DNA of 32,000 bases, taken from the NCBI GenBank assembly GCA_041674405.1, contig JBAYVT010000004.1, forward strand, positions 1 to 32,000, written 5' to 3'. The stretch is from Patescibacteria group bacterium. GTDB taxonomy: Bacteria; Patescibacteriota; UBA1384; XYA2-FULL-43-10. Below, in pieces: positions 27,601 to 32,000 of this stretch; positions within the stretch are counted from its first letter, which is position 1; every line of letters starts with the position of its first letter. The notes under the pieces are model-generated. The model saw nothing but the letters and a program-made list of their open reading frames with translations. It was not told the DNA's origin and made no database searches. The position numbers and the translations under genes were made by a program.

Positions 27601-28186
27601 TAATCAAAAAATGGTTTTTGCCAAAATCGAAGATCTCACCAGCAATGCTGAAGTAATCGCATTCCCGAAAATCTTAGCAGAAACAACTGACCTCTGGGTT
27701 GCCGATAAAATCGTGGCGGTAGACGGATATGTAAACTACAAAGACGGATCACCAAAAATCCTGTGTGAGCAGATACAGGAGATCCACGAACAAGCCGACA
27801 TCGATCCTTTCAAACCAAGAGGCAAAAAGAAAAATGGAGATTGGCGGAAAAAAGGAAATGGGAATGGTAATGGAAATAGCTATGCCTCTACCAACGGATA
27901 CTCCAATAACGGTTCAGTGCCCGCCCCCAAAAAACAAGCTGAAGAGTATATTATCAAGCGCAAATCGATAAAAATAACGCTACCCAAAGGCTCCGACCGC
28001 TCGATTTTGAAAGAAATAAAAGAAATATTGGAGTCCGACCCGGGTGAATCTGACGTGATCCTGAATGTACCGAATAATGGCAGCGGATACAAAGAGATCA
28101 AAACAAAAACCAAGGTAGCGATAAATCCCGTCCTTAACAAAAAATTAAAAGAGATCGTCGGCAAGGAAAATATTGCCATCACCTAA
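24605..28186 (+). CDS. dnaE: DNA polymerase III subunit alpha
   Basis: [19 protein letters not shown] (PHP), [82 protein letters not shown], OB-fold [13 protein letters not shown]. Confidence 0.97.
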   Translation: [1193 protein letters not shown]

Positions 28187-28682
28187 TAAGTTGTTTTTCA
28201 ATCCTTTTTGTCACTTCTTGCTGGATTTCGAATGGATCGGAGATGTTTTTGACAATAATTTCCGTACCAATTCCGGCTCCGGCTGTGCGTATTATCAAAT
28301 CACCAAAACCGAGTGACATGCGGATTGCCCCGGAAGTATCAGATGAAATGTCAACGATATTTCTAAGCTCGGTTTCGATAATTTTGCGGCCAAAAAATCC
28401 TCTTTGCGCCAAATACATTACTCTTTGGTTTGTGAGAATGAGAACACTCGCGGCATATTCATAATACGGCCTTGCAAATACAGCAAAAGCAGAAAGCACA
28501 AAAATTAACGTCGCTAGGGTAAAATATGTGCTCGCACCAGTAAAGAAGAAGACACCGACTGGAATAGCAAGCAGTATAACAGCCTTGATACCCGGCCAGA
28601 ACAATACAAAAGGATGATTTTTGACCACTTCCTCGACCGTTTCATCTGCGCGCTGGCCTTTGAATGTGAACTCAAGAGACAT
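28179..28682 (-). CDS. PH-domain (YdbS/bPH2-like) membrane protein
   Basis: Two TM segments then RPYYEYAASVLILTNQRVMYLAQRGFFGRKIIETELRNIVDISSDTSG...GTEIIVKNISDP. Confidence 0.75.
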   Translation of the reverse strand: MSLEFTFKGQRADETVEEVVKNHPFVLFWPGIKAVILLAIPVGVFFFTGASTYFTLATLIFVLSAFAVFARPYYEYAASVLILTNQRVMYLAQRGFFGRKIIETELRNIVDISSDTSGAIRMSLGFGDLIIRTAGAGIGTEIIVKNISDPFEIQQEVTKRIEKQLIR

Positions 28683-28743
28683 GGGTCGTTTCACTCCGAT
28701 TTCTAAATTTAACTTTTAAAATTTGGTTTTTAGTCATTAGATA

Positions 28744-29841
28744 TTAAGATTCTGTCATTTGCTTCGCTCTCATGCGAAGCAAAACGATTATCCCTATTAA
28801 CAATAATATCAAAATTATTGAAGCAATGATTTTGTTCATGGTTGTCGAACGCAGAGCGACCCAGGCAAAAGCAATCGCAATAACGTAAAGCGACAGGACA
28901 GCCTCGCGAACAGAAAAGCCAGCGGCCAAAAATCTATGATGAAGATGCGTTTTATCCGGAGTCGTAAAAGGGTTTTTGCCACGTAAAATTCTTCCGCCGG
29001 CCACAAAGAGGCCATCTACTATCGGAAAACCCAATACAAGGAACGCTGTAGCCAATTTACCGCCAGAAATAAGTGGAAGCACTCCCAGTATATAACCCAA
29101 AAACATACTTCCTGCATCCCCCATAAATATTTTTGCCGGCGGAAAATTCCAAAACAGGAACCCTGCAGTTGACCCTGCCAATATTATTGCAATTAGCGCA
29201 GTCGATGGCTGATTTACAGCCAGCGAGATTGAAAGAAGAAAAATGGTAAAGGCGGCAATAGTTGAAATTCCGGAAGCCAATCCGTCGATTCCGTCCACGA
29301 AATTGATTACGTTCATCATTCCGACAAGCCAGACCAATGTTAGAAGATCGGACCAGAGAGAAAAATGTACCATCGTTCCAGAAACGGAGAAAAGGGGAAC
29401 ATAAATCGAATTCAAATTAATTTCACCACCAAACGGATTGGTTAAAGTATCAATTCCGATTCCGCCAGATATCGCAACAATTGCTGCTAAAATTTGAAAG
29501 ATTGATTTCTGCCATGCTTTTAGCCCGAAAAGATCATCAAAAAACATCGATATTACAACAAGCGTACTGCCCAATATAATTCCAATAAATTTCGAGTCCA
29601 AACCAAAAACTGCCGAACCGGCAAAGCCAAAGTTGGTTTTAAATACCAGAAGAAAAATGGTCAATGTGATCAAAAATGACAAGAAAATCGCAATTCCCCC
29701 GATCCTGGGAATTGGTTTTTTGTGCACATCGCGTTCCCTAATTTCGGCAAATATTTTTTTGCGGAAACCTAGGGATCTCACAATTCCAGTCGCAAAAATC
29801 GATAGAACCAGGCTGATAAAAAATCCAAGAAAATAAGTCAT
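28744..29841 (-). CDS. Undecaprenyl-phosphate glycosyl-1-phosphate transferase, WecA/TagO/MraY family
   Basis: ERDVHKKPIPRIGGIAIF; FFDDLFGLKAWQK; NVINFVDGIDGLASG; AKIFMGDAGSMFLGY; PDKTHLHHRFL. Confidence 0.93.
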   Translation of the reverse strand: MTYFLGFFISLVLSIFATGIVRSLGFRKKIFAEIRERDVHKKPIPRIGGIAIFLSFLITLTIFLLVFKTNFGFAGSAVFGLDSKFIGIILGSTLVVISMFFDDLFGLKAWQKSIFQILAAIVAISGGIGIDTLTNPFGGEINLNSIYVPLFSVSGTMVHFSLWSDLLTLVWLVGMMNVINFVDGIDGLASGISTIAAFTIFLLSISLAVNQPSTALIAIILAGSTAGFLFWNFPPAKIFMGDAGSMFLGYILGVLPLISGGKLATAFLVLGFPIVDGLFVAGGRILRGKNPFTTPDKTHLHHRFLAAGFSVREAVLSLYVIAIAFAWVALRSTTMNKIIASIILILLLIGIIVLLRMRAKQMTES

Positions 29842-29888
29842 ATTTTGAAATTACCCCACAGAAATGTTACACAGAATGACACAGAAAC

Positions 29889-30281
29889 TTATTTTATTAA
29901 ACGCTTAACCTTGGCGCCATTCTTGGTAAAAACTATTAATAATCCGACTTGAATTTTTTCCGACGACAAATAGCTAAGGAGTTGTCTAACGTCAGTTTCA
30001 TAAATTTCATTTCTGACTTTAAGCTCAACAGCTATTTTCCCTGCCACAAGGAAATCTAAATAATATTTACCGACTTTTTTACCGTTGAATGTAACAAATC
30101 CGTATTTCTCACGCTGAAATTCAAGTTGTTTTTTTGCAAGTGACTCTGATAACGCATTCTGATAGGTTTTTTCAGACAGCCCATATCCTAGCGCCTTATA
30201 CACCTCGAAAGCACATCCAATAATATTTCTGGTCAGTTCTATCTCAGGATATTCGTCATTATCAAATCGATTTATATTCAT
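29889..30281 (-). CDS. GxxExxY-family protein
   Basis: NIIGCAFEVYKALGYGLSEKTYQNAL...YLDFLVAGKIAVELKVRNEI...QLLSYLSSEKIQVGLLIVF. Confidence 0.9.
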   Translation of the reverse strand: MNINRFDNDEYPEIELTRNIIGCAFEVYKALGYGLSEKTYQNALSESLAKKQLEFQREKYGFVTFNGKKVGKYYLDFLVAGKIAVELKVRNEIYETDVRQLLSYLSSEKIQVGLLIVFTKNGAKVKRLIK

Positions 30282-30365
30282 TTCCCCCTTCTGTGTTTTT
30301 CTGTGGACCGTTTTTCTGTGACCGTCCCTTCCGTGTTCTTCTGTGGGTTGTGCTTCTGTGACCGT

Positions 30366-30977
30366 CTACTCGTTGAACATCACGCTATGATCTGACCGCT
30401 TATATTCATCATGAATATCTTCATCAGAAAACCAATGGGTAATCTCATGCTCGGCCTCTTCTGGCGTTTCCGAAGCATGCATGATGTTCTTAATTGCCCG
30501 ACCTTCTAGGTTTGCAGCCGCAGGTGAGTCTACTGAAAAATCTCCCCTCACAGTGCCAATTTCAGCCTTGGACGGAAGGGTATTACCAGCAATTTTGCGC
30601 ACCATATCAATAGCGTGCACACCCTCGACAATCATTGCAACAACAGGAGCATCAAGGAGATAATCAACCAACCATTTTCGAACCATTTTTCCGGCTTCTT
30701 TCTTTGAATCGGTGCCCATCATTTCTTTTGGATCGATGCCATATTCCTCAAAGACCGTAAAACCTTTGTGCCCGAGCCTTTCTATCCAGGCTTCGTCCTT
30801 TGGGTAATGATTATCGATGTGTTCAAGTGATGGCTTGACCATTTTAAGAGCAACGATTTTCAGCCCGCGATTCTCAAGCCGTTTAATTACTTCGCCAACC
30901 AATCCCCTCTGTACCCCGTCCGGCTTGACTAGTACGAGCGATCTTTGAATCGCAATCTTTAATTTCTTTTCCGCCAT
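30366..30977 (-). CDS. ndk: Nucleoside-diphosphate kinase, long form with internal insertion
   Basis: RSLVLVKPDGVQRGLVGEVIKRLENRGLKIVALKMV...GTVRGDFSVD...NIMHASETPEEAEHEITHWF. Confidence 0.93.
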   Translation of the reverse strand: MAEKKLKIAIQRSLVLVKPDGVQRGLVGEVIKRLENRGLKIVALKMVKPSLEHIDNHYPKDEAWIERLGHKGFTVFEEYGIDPKEMMGTDSKKEAGKMVRKWLVDYLLDAPVVAMIVEGVHAIDMVRKIAGNTLPSKAEIGTVRGDFSVDSPAAANLEGRAIKNIMHASETPEEAEHEITHWFSDEDIHDEYKRSDHSVMFNE

Positions 30978-30985
30978 AAGTTCTC

Positions 30986-32000
30986 CTATCCATTTAAAAT
31001 TTTCTTAAGCTTCTTGTCGTCAAGAAAAGGCCCGACAACAGACACCAACATTTTATCAAAGTTGATGTATTTTTTCGCCACCCGTATTACGTCTTTGGCC
31101 GTTACTTCTTCAAATTTGGCAATGACTTCCTCGGGCGCCATGAGCTTTTCATGGATTATTTCCATCCGCATCAGCGATTCTGCCAAATTTTCCGAATCTT
31201 CCATTCCGATCGATATCGCACTTTTCATAAGTTCTTTAGCGCGCTTTATTTCCTCGTCTTTTGGGCCATCTTTGACAATTTTCCGGTATTCATTGATTAT
31301 CGCCCTGGATGCTTTCTCGATATTTTCATGCGCAACATTGGCAAGGGTAACCAGCGACCCAGCATCGGAGTATGCGATGTGCTCAGTCTCAGCTGCATAT
31401 GCCAGACCTAGTTTTTCTCTTACTTCAACAAACATTCTGGAGCTGGATGATCCGCCCAATATTTCCGCCAAGATTTTAAACGCATATCTATCTTCCAAAT
31501 CCCTGAGTCCAGGACCGGCAAAACCGATTATTAAATTCGTTTGCTCTGTTTTTCTTTGCCCGGAAACCTCTCTTGCAACATCAAGTGTACCCGATGTAAT
31601 AATTTCAGATTTTTTGCCACTTTTCGCTGTAAAATACTTTTCAGCCTCACAGACAACTTTTTCTTCTGTAAGATTGCCAAGGTTACCGCATATGACGACC
31701 ACAATATTCTCGGCAATGTAATGATCCTGCTCAAATTCCAATAGCTCTTCGTGTTTGATTTTTCGCACAGATTCAACGGTGCCTGCAATTCTTCGTCCAA
31801 GTGATTTTTCTGTAAAAATATTTTCTTCGAAAAGTTCAATCACTTCTTCCATTGGTCTATCTTTGTGCATCTTGATATCTTCGATCACAACGTTTTTTTC
31901 GCGGTTAAACTCTTCTTTGGAATTTATCGGATTGATCAAATTATCTGAGAGGTAATCAAGGACCTCAACCAAGTGATCGGAAGATATTTTGACATGATAA
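30986..32000 (-). CDS. M16-family (insulinase-like) zinc peptidase, partial; continues beyond window end
   Basis: Frame open to the window edge (...YHVKISSDHLVEVLDYLSDNLINPINSKEEFNREKNVVIEDIKMHKDRP). C-terminal M16 half with GGSSSSRMFVEVREKLGLAYA. The TTG start in the track is not the true start. Confidence 0.93.
   Translation of the reverse strand, partial: YHVKISSDHLVEVLDYLSDNLINPINSKEEFNREKNVVIEDIKMHKDRPMEEVIELFEENIFTEKSLGRRIAGTVESVRKIKHEELLEFEQDHYIAENIVVVICGNLGNLTEEKVVCEAEKYFTAKSGKKSEIITSGTLDVAREVSGQRKTEQTNLIIGFAGPGLRDLEDRYAFKILAEILGGSSSSRMFVEVREKLGLAYAAETEHIAYSDAGSLVTLANVAHENIEKASRAIINEYRKIVKDGPKDEEIKRAKELMKSAISIGMEDSENLAESLMRMEIIHEKLMAPEEVIAKFEEVTAKDVIRVAKKYINFDKMLVSVVGPFLDDKKLKKILNG

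Overview
This 32 kb window is bacterial, moderately AT-rich and mostly transcribed from the minus strand. Gene content and style suggest a Patescibacteria/CPR-like genome; this is inference only. Left to right it holds: a MacB-type fused ABC transporter with an apparent 1-nt frameshift; a 4385-aa mosaic secreted surface protein (Gly-rich, DUF2341/LamG, ~75-aa beta-type repeats, FN3, Calx-beta); a small secreted protein behind a terminator-like hairpin; PIG-L deacetylase; a GT4 glycosyltransferase; gltX; a YraN/UPF0102 protein; a TrmB-like regulator; an isolated GC-rich plus-strand gene resembling FcoT-like thioesterase; rplS with a long charged tail; a GC-rich small gene beside a hairpin-dense interval; rpmA; a TRM11/THUMP-like methyltransferase; dnaE; a PH-domain membrane protein; a WecA/MraY-like transferase; a GxxExxY gene; ndk; and a partial M16 peptidase. 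No CRISPR, tRNA, rRNA, prophage or classical transposase was recognised. The best leads are: (1) the giant mosaic protein, including an apparently uncharacterised N-terminal repeat family and an 8-copy repeat array split by a duplicated DUF2341-LamG module; (2) small palindromic elements that appear to sit in frame inside two protein-coding genes (methyltransferase and YraN-like), similar in principle to Rickettsia palindromic elements; (3) two small 'cargo' loci, a four-helix-bundle remnant and a GxxExxY gene, each bracketed by its own short inverted/direct repeats; (4) the compositionally odd FcoT-like and small-protein loci. All calls come from reading the sequence; no database searches were run.
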